Source: Candidatus Omnitrophota bacterium
Lineage (GTDB): Bacteria; Omnitrophota; Gorgyraeia; Gygaellales; Profunditerraquicolaceae
Length of the DNA stretch: 64,000 nt
Assembly (NCBI GenBank): GCA_026387355.1
Contig: JAPLLW010000011.1
Span: 9,504-73,503 of the forward strand
Direction of reading: 5' to 3'
Positions 18,823-28,086 of this stretch are shown one piece after another (position 1 is the stretch's first letter; every line of letters begins with the position of its first letter). Made by a program: the position numbers and the translations under genes. The notes below the pieces were generated by a model. The model saw only the letters and a list, made by a program, of their open reading frames with translations, did no database searches and was not told where the DNA came from.

Positions 18823-19702
18823 TCCCCGCCAACACCGTCGGAATCCTCCAAAAGAATTTTAACGCCTGGTCAATACGCAGACGCGGATTAGTATTTTTGA
18901 TCAATATAATTATTAATAATAACATTAGATATTTAGCAATTATAAAAATCGGAGTTAAATCACGACCTAAAAACAGAACAATAATAAAGACTGGAAGCAC
19001 ATAAAGCATAACCGCTTTGGTTAATTTAAAGATCGCTAGAGGTAAGCCCGAATATTCGATGAGCGTACCACCCATAATCTCCTGGTCTGCCTCGGCAATA
19101 TCAAAAAGCCCGATTCCTAACTTTGCTTGTATGCAGAATATAGCAACAATAAAAGCTAGGGCTCCGGATAGGCTAAAAGCAATTGAACCATATAGTAACT
19201 GATATTGAATAACTTGACCAATCTGGAGCGCGCCTTTACACTTAAGCACTACCGCGATCACGCAAAGAATTAACGGCAGCTCATAAGCTAGAATCAATTT
19301 CATCTCTCTAGACGCACCCACCGAAGCTAGCGGGTTTCTTGAAGACGATGCCCCGATAATTACCGCAATCGCCGGAATAATTAATAAATATAAAAAGACG
19401 ATTAAATCTCCGGAGAAACTATCAAGCGGTGAAATTATACTCCTACCTAAACTAGCGGTTACCAAAACTACACTTGCCAAACCCAGATATGGAGATAACA
19501 AGAAAACTAGTTTTGAGCCCTCAGGGACAATAGTCTCTTTTCCGAGCAACTTTAAAATATCCATAAAGTTTTGATACCACGGCGGGCCAACCCTCCATTG
19601 CAGACGCGCAGTGAGCTTACGGTCTAACCAACCGGCTAAAAGCCCGACTGTTAAGCTAAATAAAAAACCCGGAAATATTAACAGATAGAATATAGTCTTC
19701 AT
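18791..19702 (-). CDS. hydrogenase membrane subunit (NuoH/EchB/HyfC-like)
   Basis: 8-TM protein with a NuoH-like profile. Confidence 0.7.
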   Translation of the reverse strand: MKTIFYLLIFPGFLFSLTVGLLAGWLDRKLTARLQWRVGPPWYQNFMDILKLLGKETIVPEGSKLVFLLSPYLGLASVVLVTASLGRSIISPLDSFSGDLIVFLYLLIIPAIAVIIGASSSRNPLASVGASREMKLILAYELPLILCVIAVVLKCKGALQIGQVIQYQLLYGSIAFSLSGALAFIVAIFCIQAKLGIGLFDIAEADQEIMGGTLIEYSGLPLAIFKLTKAVMLYVLPVFIIVLFLGRDLTPIFIIAKYLMLLLIIILIKNTNPRLRIDQALKFFWRIPTVLAGIAVILASFGL

Positions 19703-20193
19703 TTCTTCTTAGGTAATTGAACATCCTCTTTTGACCACCTACAAGTATGCACAGCCAAGTTCTCTCCCACAAAATAAATGTCCTGCTCCAGATTCTCTTC
19801 TACTTCTTTTATCTGAACGGCTTTCTCTGGGCAGAGAGAAACGCATTTAGGTAATTCAACTGATTTACCAATACAAAAATCGCATTTTGAATCCAAGTAC
19901 GGGATAAAATCCTGAAAGATAACCCCAAATGGACAGGCGATGGTGCAAGATTTACAGCTTGTGCAGCGCATCTTGTATCGCTTAAGGTGACCGTCGCTAG
20001 CTCGCTCAAGGGCATTGTGATAACAGGAATTTACGCAAGGCGCCTCCTCGCAATGCCGGCAGATAGTAGCAAAGGTAGCGTACTCTCGCAAAGAAGTAAT
20101 CCCGTTATTCTGCGGATGATAAAAATAATCGCAGACAATTGAACATTCTTTGCATTTATTACAGATGTCTAAATCAATAAATAAACGTTTCAT
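19699..20193 (-). CDS. polyferredoxin, 4x[4Fe-4S] (HycB/CooF-like)
   Basis: Four Cys clusters (CNKCKEC…C, CRHCEEAPC, CTSCKSCTIACP, CDFCIGK…CVSLCP). Confidence 0.75.
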   Translation of the reverse strand: MKRLFIDLDICNKCKECSIVCDYFYHPQNNGITSLREYATFATICRHCEEAPCVNSCYHNALERASDGHLKRYKMRCTSCKSCTIACPFGVIFQDFIPYLDSKCDFCIGKSVELPKCVSLCPEKAVQIKEVEENLEQDIYFVGENLAVHTCRWSKEDVQLPKKK

Positions 20194-20213
20194 TTATTAA
20201 GCTTTAAGCTTTC

Positions 20214-20245
20214 AGCTATCAGCTAACGGCTGACGGCTGATAGCT
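20214..20245 (-). other. intra-operon RNA hairpin (10-bp perfect stem AGCTATCAGC/GCTGATAGCT), 1 nt after the stop of 20247-21065
   Basis: Seen directly. No U-run follows, so it is not a terminator. Adjacent duplicated AAGCTT and CAGCCGT motifs. Confidence 0.4.
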
Positions 20246-20246
20246 A

Positions 20247-21065
20247 TTAGTCCCAAATATCCCGAATATCTTTTAATTGCTCATAAGTAAAAACCGGACC
20301 ATCTTTACAGGCATAGTATTTCCCGATACGGCAATGCCCGCATTTACCTAAACCGCAAGACATGCTCTTCTCCATTGATAGATAGATATCCTGCGGATTA
20401 AAACCTAAATCCAATAATTTTAAAGTAACAAATTTCATCATGATCGGCGGACCGCAAACTATTGCTACTGCCTTAGCAGAGACTACCGGAACTTCCCCCA
20501 ATACTGTTGTCACTAAACCTACATTCCCCTGCCAGCTTGGGTCTCCTATATCAACACTCGCTAAAACATCAACCTTGTCCTTCTTGGCCCATTCGGGAAG
20601 TAGTGCTTTATAAACTATATCGCTTGGCGTACGCGCACCATAGCGCAAAACCACTTTGTTATACTGGTCTATTCTAGAAAAAAGACTAAACAAAAGAGAA
20701 CGTAGTGGTGCTAATCCCACACCACCACCAATTATTAATATATCTCTGCCTTTAAATTTATCGAGAGGATAACCTAAGCCATATGGCCCCCGGATACCGA
20801 GAATATCGTTTTTTTGCATAGTATGCAATTTAGAGGTGACTTCTCCTGCCTTCATTATAGTAAGCTCTAGTAAATCTTTTATTCCGGGATCAGAAGAGGG
20901 TGTAAAAGGAGCCTCCCCTACGCCCGGCACAGTCAACTCTATAAATTGTCCGGTAGCAAAGCTAAACGGAATAGCCGGCCTTAATTTAAAGGTCTTTATC
21001 GTGGAGGTTTCTTCAATTACCTCTTCAATGACTGCCTTGATTGGCTGGTATATATTTTTCTTCAA
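20247..21065 (-). CDS. FAD/NAD(P)-binding oxidoreductase subunit with C-terminal [2Fe-2S] (PyrK/HydG/AsrB-like)
   Basis: FNR-like fold. C-terminal CGLGKCGHC…C cluster motif. Confidence 0.75.
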   Translation of the reverse strand: MKKNIYQPIKAVIEEVIEETSTIKTFKLRPAIPFSFATGQFIELTVPGVGEAPFTPSSDPGIKDLLELTIMKAGEVTSKLHTMQKNDILGIRGPYGLGYPLDKFKGRDILIIGGGVGLAPLRSLLFSLFSRIDQYNKVVLRYGARTPSDIVYKALLPEWAKKDKVDVLASVDIGDPSWQGNVGLVTTVLGEVPVVSAKAVAIVCGPPIMMKFVTLKLLDLGFNPQDIYLSMEKSMSCGLGKCGHCRIGKYYACKDGPVFTYEQLKDIRDIWD

Positions 21066-22168
21066 CCCACAACCTCCGGCTGCACTTGACGAGATTCATG
21101 TAATATCTTTAAGATGCGGCGTATATCTATTTTCCCAGGACATACATCAATGCATCTTCCGCAACCACAACAAGCCTGAATCCCTAAATTAGAGATGAAA
21201 AAATCAAATTTCTTTAAGAAACGGTTACGCAGCCTCATATAGCGCAACTTTAAAGGATTAGCGCCTCCGGCAACTTTAGTAAAATTTTTAAGCAGACAAC
21301 CATCCCAAAGACGCAGGCGCCTGGCATTACCTGATGACGAATCGTCAGATAATAAGAAACAATGGCAGGTATCGCAGATAAAAACGCAACCGTTACATTC
21401 TACACAGGTGCGCGATTCGTTCTGCCAAACTGTTGAATTGTGCCCTGATACAACTATATCCTGTAATTTTTCTTTCTTGGGAATCTGGTATTGAGTAAGG
21501 TAATCATCTAGCCTACGAACTACTGACTCTCTTTTGGATGACCGTCCTGAAAGTTGACCTAGGGTAGCCGGAACTAATACATCTTTTAAGGAAAATGCAA
21601 TCGAGCTTGCCTTTTGCGAAGCTACATCAACGAGATAGCCGTTAGTTAACGGAGAGAAATTAAAATCATAGCCTTCGGTAGGAAAAGGGTTAATATCAAA
21701 AGCCCTGCAGAAACAAACATTCTTGAACTGAGGACAATCGCTGGCAATAATCAGGGTAGTATCTCTTCTTGCCTTATAAGCAGCGTCGACTTCGCTTCCT
21801 CCTAAAAAGACAAAATCCTGTATCTTTAACGCAAATATATCACAATTCTTTACCCCGCATAACGCAAGAGGCCTCTCCTTCTTGCCTTTTGAATCTTCGC
21901 CTTCGAAGAAAACAGAAACCTCTTCCTTATACTGAGTAAAAAAAGACCGGATTGGCTCGGTAGAACGGTAATCGCTAAAAACTATTTCTTCTTTTTTAAC
22001 TTGAGAGAACTTCTTTATGGAGAAATCATCCGTAGGGACGATTGGCTTACAATCACAGTTTAATTTTAACGCAGATTTGGCTTTGACGGGAACGAATAGC
22101 TCGTATTCCTGGTTGAGCCGTTCATAAAATTTGAGGATATCCTCGTTTTTTAGAAAATATGTTTCCAT
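21062..22168 (-). CDS. iron-sulfur subunit (sulfhydrogenase beta HydB / AsrA-like)
   Basis: CVECNGCVFIC and CCGCGRCIDVCP 4Fe-4S motifs. Paired with the PyrK-like subunit. Confidence 0.6.
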   Translation of the reverse strand: METYFLKNEDILKFYERLNQEYELFVPVKAKSALKLNCDCKPIVPTDDFSIKKFSQVKKEEIVFSDYRSTEPIRSFFTQYKEEVSVFFEGEDSKGKKERPLALCGVKNCDIFALKIQDFVFLGGSEVDAAYKARRDTTLIIASDCPQFKNVCFCRAFDINPFPTEGYDFNFSPLTNGYLVDVASQKASSIAFSLKDVLVPATLGQLSGRSSKRESVVRRLDDYLTQYQIPKKEKLQDIVVSGHNSTVWQNESRTCVECNGCVFICDTCHCFLLSDDSSSGNARRLRLWDGCLLKNFTKVAGGANPLKLRYMRLRNRFLKKFDFFISNLGIQACCGCGRCIDVCPGKIDIRRILKILHESRQVQPEVVG

Positions 22169-22249
22169 TGGAAAAAAGTTTTAAAAGATTGATCGGAAGG
22201 AGAAAATAAGATAACATACTTAGCGCTTACTGTCCAGACAAATCTAAAA

Positions 22250-22699
22250 TTATGGCTTAGAAAGCCGCTCTCTGACTAAGTCGCTGACTAGCCTACCATC
22301 CGCCTTACCCGCTATCTTGGCATTAACTTCCTTCATTAACCTACCCATATCTTTCATGCCGCCTGCATTAAGCTCAGCTGCCGACTCTTCAATTATCTTC
22401 TTAATTTCATCAGCGGATAACTCCGGAGGAAGATAGATTTTAAGAATCTCCAGCTCCTTCTTCTCTTTTTCGGCCATCTCCAGACGCTCTCCCTTTGTAA
22501 ACTGCTCGATAGAATCTTGACGCTGCTTAATCTGCTTCTTAATTACCGCTACTACCTCGCTATCATCAAGAGCATTCTTTTTCTTAGCAAGAGCCGTATT
22601 CATAATATCTGCTCTTAAAAAACTTAAAACCGAACTCTTTAACGTATCCCTGGCTTTCATCGCCTCTTTATAATCTGCCATCATCTTCTCTTCTAACAT
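22250..22699 (-). CDS. GatB/YqeY domain protein
   Basis: 149 aa. The C-terminal …AGKADGRLVSDLVRERL matches the YqeY family. Confidence 0.8.
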   Translation of the reverse strand: MLEEKMMADYKEAMKARDTLKSSVLSFLRADIMNTALAKKKNALDDSEVVAVIKKQIKQRQDSIEQFTKGERLEMAEKEKKELEILKIYLPPELSADEIKKIIEESAAELNAGGMKDMGRLMKEVNAKIAGKADGRLVSDLVRERLSKP

Positions 22700-22709
22700 A
22701 AATCCTCCC

Positions 22710-23609
22710 TTAGAATAAAACTTGCCTTCTGAATTCTGCTAACCTATTATCTAAATCTTTCATAGAAAGTTTAGCCGTTCTTTCTAAACCAAAACCCTCA
22801 ATATTAAAAGAAGCGGCTATTGTCCCATAAGCTAATGCCTTCTTAATATTCTGCGCATTAACCGTTTTAGCCTTAGCCAAATATCCCATAAACCCTCCAG
22901 CAAAGGTATCGCCTGCGCCAGTAGGGTCTACCACTTTATCTTCCGGATACGCAGGAAGCGAAAATATGAATTTATCCGAATAGAATAAAACCCCATGCTC
23001 GCCTTTCTTTATCAAAATCATCGGGGGACCAAAGGAACGCAATCGCTTAGCCGCTCTAATAAGATTATCCTCCTGGGTGAGAGAACGCGCCTCTTGATCA
23101 TTAGCTACATAAATATCCACTTTCTTTAATACTTTCAGCAATGACTTACGTTTAGTATTAATCCAGTAATTCATACTATCCAAAACAATTAACTTTGGCG
23201 AGGATAAATGAGGCAAGATATGTCCTTGAATATCGGGATCAACATTAGCTAAGAAAATATACTTTATCTTTTTCTGCTCCTCGGAAAGCTTAGGCTTAAA
23301 TGAAGCCAAAACTCCCAGCTCTGTATTTAAAGTAACCGCGGTATTCAAATCTCCTTTATATTCGCCTGACCACTGAAAGGTTTTCCCTTGGGCCCGGATA
23401 AGCGAAGCAAGACTAATGCCTTTTTGTTGCAGGAAATCAATATGCCTCTGAGGAAAGTCTTCGCCTACAGTAGCAACCAGACTAACCTTGGTAAATAAAC
23501 GGCTGGACATAGAAAAATGCGCAGCTGAACCACCAAGCAGTTTATTCCTCTCTCCATATGGAGTCCTGACGTTATCTAAAGCCACCGTCCCTAAAACAAG
23601 TATGCTCAT
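22710..23609 (-). CDS. PfkB-family carbohydrate/nucleoside kinase
   Basis: DPTGAGDTFAGGF motif. Start placed at the internal MSILVLGTV so that it abuts the uppP stop (ATGA overlap). The track ORF extends 31 codons further upstream. Confidence 0.75.
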   Translation of the reverse strand: MSILVLGTVALDNVRTPYGERNKLLGGSAAHFSMSSRLFTKVSLVATVGEDFPQRHIDFLQQKGISLASLIRAQGKTFQWSGEYKGDLNTAVTLNTELGVLASFKPKLSEEQKKIKYIFLANVDPDIQGHILPHLSSPKLIVLDSMNYWINTKRKSLLKVLKKVDIYVANDQEARSLTQEDNLIRAAKRLRSFGPPMILIKKGEHGVLFYSDKFIFSLPAYPEDKVVDPTGAGDTFAGGFMGYLAKAKTVNAQNIKKALAYGTIAASFNIEGFGLERTAKLSMKDLDNRLAEFRRQVLF

Positions 23610-24349
23610 CTTATAAATACCATAGTTAAAATTGCTAATGCAATACAATAATACCCAAAATAATAAAATTTGGCTCGTGTTATAACCAATTTTAAGATCC
23701 AAAGCGCTAACAAACCAGTAAACAAACTGACAATAAAACCAGTGACTAAGTTAATGAAATCGCTTCTTAAGGCAAGATCGACTTTTCTCGCCTCTAAAAG
23801 CGTAGCGCCTAAGATTATAGGAATGGAGACTAAAAAGGAGAACTTAAAACAAGTCTGCTTATCTATTTTTCTGAATAAAAGCGTAGAGATAGTTATGCCA
23901 GAACGCGAAATTCCCGGAATAATCGCTAAAGCTTGAGCAAACCCCAAAATGATCGCATCTCTTAATCCAACCTTATCTCTCTTTGCATCCATGAACTTAC
24001 GGGTTAATAACAGGACGATACCAGTAAAAGCGAATGAAAATCCTACTGCCTTAGCTGAACTAAATAAGCTCTCAAAAAAATCTTTACCCAGTAAACCGAT
24101 TGTGCCGGTAATTAGAGTTACTAAAAGTATTAATGAAATCAGCTTTATATCGCGCAAGAGTTTCAATATATCTTTACGGAAAAAGGCTACGACTGCAAAT
24201 AATGTGCCTAAATGCAAAACTACCGATATTGCGATCTCCTCTCCGCTCATACCGAGGAGCTTCTGAGCAATTACCAAATGCCCGGAGCTACTCACGGGGA
24301 GGAATTCGGTAAGTCCCTGAATTATTCCTAATATAATATATTTAATCAT
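23606..24349 (-). CDS. uppP: undecaprenyl-diphosphatase
   Basis: N-terminal GIIQGLTEFLPVSSSGHL and the BacA/UppP multi-TM profile. Confidence 0.85.
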   Translation of the reverse strand: MIKYIILGIIQGLTEFLPVSSSGHLVIAQKLLGMSGEEIAISVVLHLGTLFAVVAFFRKDILKLLRDIKLISLILLVTLITGTIGLLGKDFFESLFSSAKAVGFSFAFTGIVLLLTRKFMDAKRDKVGLRDAIILGFAQALAIIPGISRSGITISTLLFRKIDKQTCFKFSFLVSIPIILGATLLEARKVDLALRSDFINLVTGFIVSLFTGLLALWILKLVITRAKFYYFGYYCIALAILTMVFIR

Positions 24350-24939
24350 TTATGCTTGTTTAAAAACTCTTCCAAATCCTTCGGCAATGGACTCTCTAAA
24401 TACAACTGTTTTCCTGTCAGAGGATGAACAAATTCTAATCTCTCTGCGTGCAGACAAAGCCGCTTAGCCTTAACTATAGAATCCCGACGAAAAGCAAATT
24501 TGCTTTCGCCCAAAACCGGGTGACCTATCTGCTTAAAATGAATCCTGATCTGATTTGTCCTGCCGGTTAAAGGATTAACTTTTACAATAGCAAAATCATT
24601 CATTTTTGCAATAACTTTATAGCGAGTGCAAGCACTTAACCCTTCAATCTTATTCTTTATTTCCCCCTCTAATCTAAGTGGGACACCCTGCACAAAAGCA
24701 ATATAACTTTTCTTAACTACACGCTGCCTAAATTGATCAGCCAACTTTTGCTGAGTAGACTTGCTTTTTGCGTAAATAATCAATCCAGAAGTTTCGCGAT
24801 CAAGCCGATGACAAGGATATAAATTAAGTATACTTGTGAGTGTGCGTTCTTCGTTTTTAGGGGTAGGGACTGTCAGTAGCCCGGAGGGTTTGTCAACTAC
24901 AAGTATCCAATCGTCTTCATAAATAACGGGTATATTCAC
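24346..24939 (-). CDS. RluA-family pseudouridine synthase
   Basis: Catalytic HRLDRETSG motif. Confidence 0.75.
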   Translation of the reverse strand: MNIPVIYEDDWILVVDKPSGLLTVPTPKNEERTLTSILNLYPCHRLDRETSGLIIYAKSKSTQQKLADQFRQRVVKKSYIAFVQGVPLRLEGEIKNKIEGLSACTRYKVIAKMNDFAIVKVNPLTGRTNQIRIHFKQIGHPVLGESKFAFRRDSIVKAKRLCLHAERLEFVHPLTGKQLYLESPLPKDLEEFLNKHK

Positions 24940-24940
24940 C

Positions 24941-25858
24941 TTAAATTATTTCCAACATCCTATCTATTGCTTTTTTTGCCTTAAGCCGTATCTCGTCTGA
25001 AACCTTGACCTCTTCCTTTAATTCTTCCAAAGCCCAGAGAATCTTTTCTTGAGTAGTCCGCTTCATATTCGGGCAGACAGCCCGCTCAGAAGCAGGGTAA
25101 AATTCCTTATTAGGATTATCTTTCTTAAGACGGTAAATAAGACCTATCTCAGTCCCGACAATAAACTCTGTTGCTTCTGACTCTTTTGCAAATTTAGACA
25201 TCTGGCTTGTGGATAAAGCCGCATCTGCCAGGCCTACTACCTGCGGCAGGCATTCCGGATGCACAATCACTTTTGCAAAAGGATGAAATTTCTTTTCGCG
25301 CTTAACATCTTCGGGAAGGATCTTTATATGCGTCGGACAAAATCCGTTCCAGGTGATAAGTTTTCTCCCTGTCTTTTTAGATACATAATCCCCAAGATAC
25401 TTATCAGGAACAAAAATTATCTCTTCTTTATCTTTTAAGGCATTAACTACGGTTACGGCGTTAGTTGATGTGCAGCAATAATCTAATTCCGCCTTTACTT
25501 CTGCCGAAGTATTCACATAACCCACCACTACCGCATTGGGATGTTCTTTCTTTAGTTTCTTCAGCTCCTCAGCATTAAGCATATTCGCCATAGGGCAACC
25601 CGCTTGTATATCAGGCATAATTACTAATTTCTCCGGAGATAGAATTGAAGCGGTCTCTGCCATAAAATACACCCCGCAGAAAACAATTACCTTGTTTTCG
25701 ACCTTAGCTGCGATACGGCTTAACTCTAGAGAATCGCCTCTAAAATCAGCCACATCTTGAACCTCCGGCAACTGATAGTTGTGCGCCAATATTATAGCAT
25801 CGCGCTTCTTCTTTAACTTTGCGATCTTCTCTTCTAAACCAGCAATTTCTTTAGTCAT
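24941..25858 (-). CDS. nadA: quinolinate synthase A
   Basis: ILAHNYQ and the NadA three-repeat architecture. 305 aa. Confidence 0.85.
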   Translation of the reverse strand: MTKEIAGLEEKIAKLKKKRDAIILAHNYQLPEVQDVADFRGDSLELSRIAAKVENKVIVFCGVYFMAETASILSPEKLVIMPDIQAGCPMANMLNAEELKKLKKEHPNAVVVGYVNTSAEVKAELDYCCTSTNAVTVVNALKDKEEIIFVPDKYLGDYVSKKTGRKLITWNGFCPTHIKILPEDVKREKKFHPFAKVIVHPECLPQVVGLADAALSTSQMSKFAKESEATEFIVGTEIGLIYRLKKDNPNKEFYPASERAVCPNMKRTTQEKILWALEELKEEVKVSDEIRLKAKKAIDRMLEII

Positions 25859-25865
25859 TTAATTC

Positions 25866-26927
25866 TTAATCCTTCTCAATAATCCCGCCACCTAAAACCA
25901 AATTTTTATCGTAGAAAACTGCGGATTGTCCAGGCGTTATGGCGAATTGGGATTTATTAAATACGACCTTGATTTTCTTCCCGATGGGAAACAACTCTGC
26001 TTCCGATTCTTTATGATTATACCTTATTTTAACCTTAAGGGCAACCCTCTTTTTGATGGGTTTTAATGCAAAGTGCACATCTCTAACAAAAAAGCTACTG
26101 CCAAAAACAGACTCTCTCGGCCCTATAGTTATCCGGTTTTTCTTAAAGTCTATACTAGTTATATAAACCGGGTGCCCCCTAGCAAGGCCTAGGCCTTCGC
26201 GCTGACCAATAGTATAATATGCAATACCTTTATGCTCGCCAACTACCTGGCCATTTTCATCCACAACTGGGCCGGGAGCTATCTTTTTCCCAAATCTCTC
26301 CCTTAAAAACGCGCGATAGTCATCTTTCGGTAGAAAACAGATTTCTTGACTGGCTTTTTTCTCAGCAACAGGAAGTGCAAATTTCCTAGCCAGAGAGCGC
26401 ACCTCTTCCTTAGTATAGCCGCCTAAAGGAAAAATTATATGCTTAAGCTTATCTTGATTTAATCTATACAAGAAATACGTCTGGTCCTTCTTGGGATCTT
26501 TTGCCTTTTTCAACAAATACCCACCTCTTGACCTAGCTATCCTAGCATAGTGACCGGTAGCGAGGAATTTAGCGTCAAAGGATTTAGCCTTATTTAATAA
26601 TTCACCGAATTTAAGATATTGATTGCAAATAACGCAAGGATTCGGCGTTTCCCCTTCAAGATAGCTCTTACAGAAGTCTTTAATTACCCGCTCCTCCAAA
26701 TCCTTTTGCATATTTAAAATATAATGCCTTATTCCCAGCTTATGTGCTACTCTCCTTGCGTCTTCTACCCCTTGGATACTACAGCAGGCAGGTGACTTAC
26801 GGGGATAATCAGCGAAATTGAAACACATAGTGATCCCTATCACCTCATAGCCTTGATCAATTAATAAAGCAGCGGCTACTGAAGAATCTACTCCCCCACT
26901 CATGCCTACAACCACACGTTTTTTCAT
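25866..26927 (-). CDS. mnmA: tRNA-specific 2-thiouridylase
   Basis: PP-loop VVVGMSGGVDSS and the MnmA C-terminal domain. Confidence 0.85.
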   Translation of the reverse strand: MKKRVVVGMSGGVDSSVAAALLIDQGYEVIGITMCFNFADYPRKSPACCSIQGVEDARRVAHKLGIRHYILNMQKDLEERVIKDFCKSYLEGETPNPCVICNQYLKFGELLNKAKSFDAKFLATGHYARIARSRGGYLLKKAKDPKKDQTYFLYRLNQDKLKHIIFPLGGYTKEEVRSLARKFALPVAEKKASQEICFLPKDDYRAFLRERFGKKIAPGPVVDENGQVVGEHKGIAYYTIGQREGLGLARGHPVYITSIDFKKNRITIGPRESVFGSSFFVRDVHFALKPIKKRVALKVKIRYNHKESEAELFPIGKKIKVVFNKSQFAITPGQSAVFYDKNLVLGGGIIEKD

Positions 26928-26967
26928 AATATCAATTATAGCACAATGCTTTTAAAATTAAGTAACA

Positions 26968-27011
26968 AAAAGGGATGCCTCTATCTAAAAGACTAAAGCA
27001 TCCCTTTTTTT
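26968..27011. terminator. bidirectional hairpin terminator (AAAGGGATGC…GCATCCCTTT flanked by A- and T-runs)
   Basis: Seen directly. Downstream of the small ORF 27035-27214. Confidence 0.45.
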
Positions 27012-27034
27012 GAACTAACCCGAAAGCTATTCTT

Positions 27035-27214
27035 TTATTTCTTTTCGAAAAGCTTAGCCGCAATCGCTAATAAAAGTACAGTATTAGCAAGCGTAATCGT
27101 TGTCAATATTTTAACCCCCATGAAAGTACGAGGATTCCCGACAAATCTACCCACAACTGCACCAACAAGCAAGATAACCCCTGCTCCAAGCAAAACCATA
27201 GGTAATTTCTTCAT
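27035..27214 (-). CDS. 59-aa small membrane protein (not in the ORF track)
   Basis: Own translation MKKLPMVLLGAGVILLVGAVVGRFVGNPRTFMGVKILTTITLANTVLLLAIAAKLFEKK. Strong SD AAAGGAGGT 5 nt upstream. Confidence 0.5.
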   Translation of the reverse strand: MKKLPMVLLGAGVILLVGAVVGRFVGNPRTFMGVKILTTITLANTVLLLAIAAKLFEKK

Positions 27215-27261
27215 TTTACCTCCTTTTGTGTATTATAGCACAAAATTTCATTTATCAATAA

Positions 27262-27300
27262 AAAAATAGGCCCAGTATATTCTACAAGGCCTATTTTTAT
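27262..27300 (-). terminator. cspA terminator (AATAGGCC…GGCCTATT followed by TTTTTATTT)
   Basis: Perfect 8-bp stem, U-run. Confidence 0.6.
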
Positions 27301-27312
27301 TTACTACTTAGG

Positions 27313-27513
27313 TTATAACTTGTTTACCTTTGTAGCTTGCTCACCCTTAGGACCTTTTTCAATCTCAAATTCAACTTCCTGGCCCTCTTCTAAAGTCTTA
27401 TAGCCATCACCCTGTATAGCAGTATGATGTACGAATACATCATTACCGTTCTCAGGAGTAATAAACCCATAACCCTTTTGGTTGGAAAACCACTTTACTT
27501 TACCTTTTACCAT
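27313..27513 (-). CDS. cspA: cold-shock protein
   Basis: [21 protein letters not shown]…VFVHH (RNP1/RNP2 motifs). 66 aa. Confidence 0.9.
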   Translation of the reverse strand: MVKGKVKWFSNQKGYGFITPENGNDVFVHHTAIQGDGYKTLEEGQEVEFEIEKGPKGEQATKVNKL

Positions 27514-27681
27514 TTACTGTACTTCCTCCTTCCTTGTTCCCGCTGATTCGTTTAAACTCTAGTCGGGATCCCGTTTCACCGGGATAAATTTTAGTAAACC
27601 AAGATAACAAAAAACCGTAAGGCGCGTCACTCTTTCTCCTCACGGTTCAAGCGTTCAACTACCTTGTTTACTACTGTGGTA
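27514..27681 (-). promoter_or_regulatory. long (~165 nt) structured 5' UTR of cspA
   Basis: Distance from the predicted TSS to the ATG. Established knowledge: csp mRNAs carry long thermoregulatory leaders. Confidence 0.45.
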
Positions 27682-27709
27682 AGTATACACTAAATTCTGC
27701 TATTGTCAA
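27682..27709 (-). promoter_or_regulatory. sigma70-like promoter of cspA (TTGACA-16 nt-TATACT)
   Basis: Read in minus sense: TTGACAatagcagaatttagtgTATACT. Confidence 0.5.
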
Positions 27710-27769
27710 TAAGAAACTTAATAGAATAAACACTTTGGATAACTTAGCGAGAGGTATTTTCAGGCTTTT

Positions 27770-27797
27770 ACTTACGACTTACCACTTACGACTTACG
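27770..27797. repeat. 4 tandem copies of the heptamer ACTTACG/ACTTACC
   Basis: Seen directly. Overlaps the 3' end of CDS 27786-28082. Confidence 0.6.
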
Positions 27798-28082
27798 ACT
27801 AATATCTATACCCTTAAGATTATAGTAACCCAACACCTTTACCTTCGCCTTAGATTTACTTACAAGCCAATCGTGGCGCTTTTTCATAAAACCCTCATGG
27901 CTCTCCTGCTTATCCCATTCATATACCGAGGCATACTGGTTCTTATAGCCATAGCGCTTCATGGTAAAATAGGCCCTAAAACCCTTTACCTTCTTGGCGA
28001 AGCTAGCCCAAATCAAGCTATCTTTACGGTACTTAGTAACTTCTTTAGGCTGGATTTTGAATAAGACGGTATGTATAAACAT
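27786..28082 (-). CDS. antibiotic-biosynthesis-monooxygenase (ABM)-like small protein
   Basis: About 98 aa. W…ES..H pattern (YEWDKQESHEGFMKKRH) typical of the ferredoxin-like ABM fold. Confidence 0.45.
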   Translation of the reverse strand: MFIHTVLFKIQPKEVTKYRKDSLIWASFAKKVKGFRAYFTMKRYGYKNQYASVYEWDKQESHEGFMKKRHDWLVSKSKAKVKVLGYYNLKGIDISRKS

Positions 28083-28086
28083 CTAC

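Noticed and set aside
22710-23702. 31-codon N-terminal extension of the PfkB kinase in the ORF track (MDLKIGYNTSQILLF…)
   Set aside because: It would overlap uppP by 97 nt. The internal ATG at 23609 gives the canonical MSILVLGTV start and an ATGA junction with uppP.
27770-27797. Heptamer tandem repeat as possible CRISPR or mobile-element remnant
   Set aside because: Only 4 short contiguous copies without spacers, at the 3' end of a gene. It is simple-sequence slippage. No cas genes, integrases or transposases are anywhere in the window.
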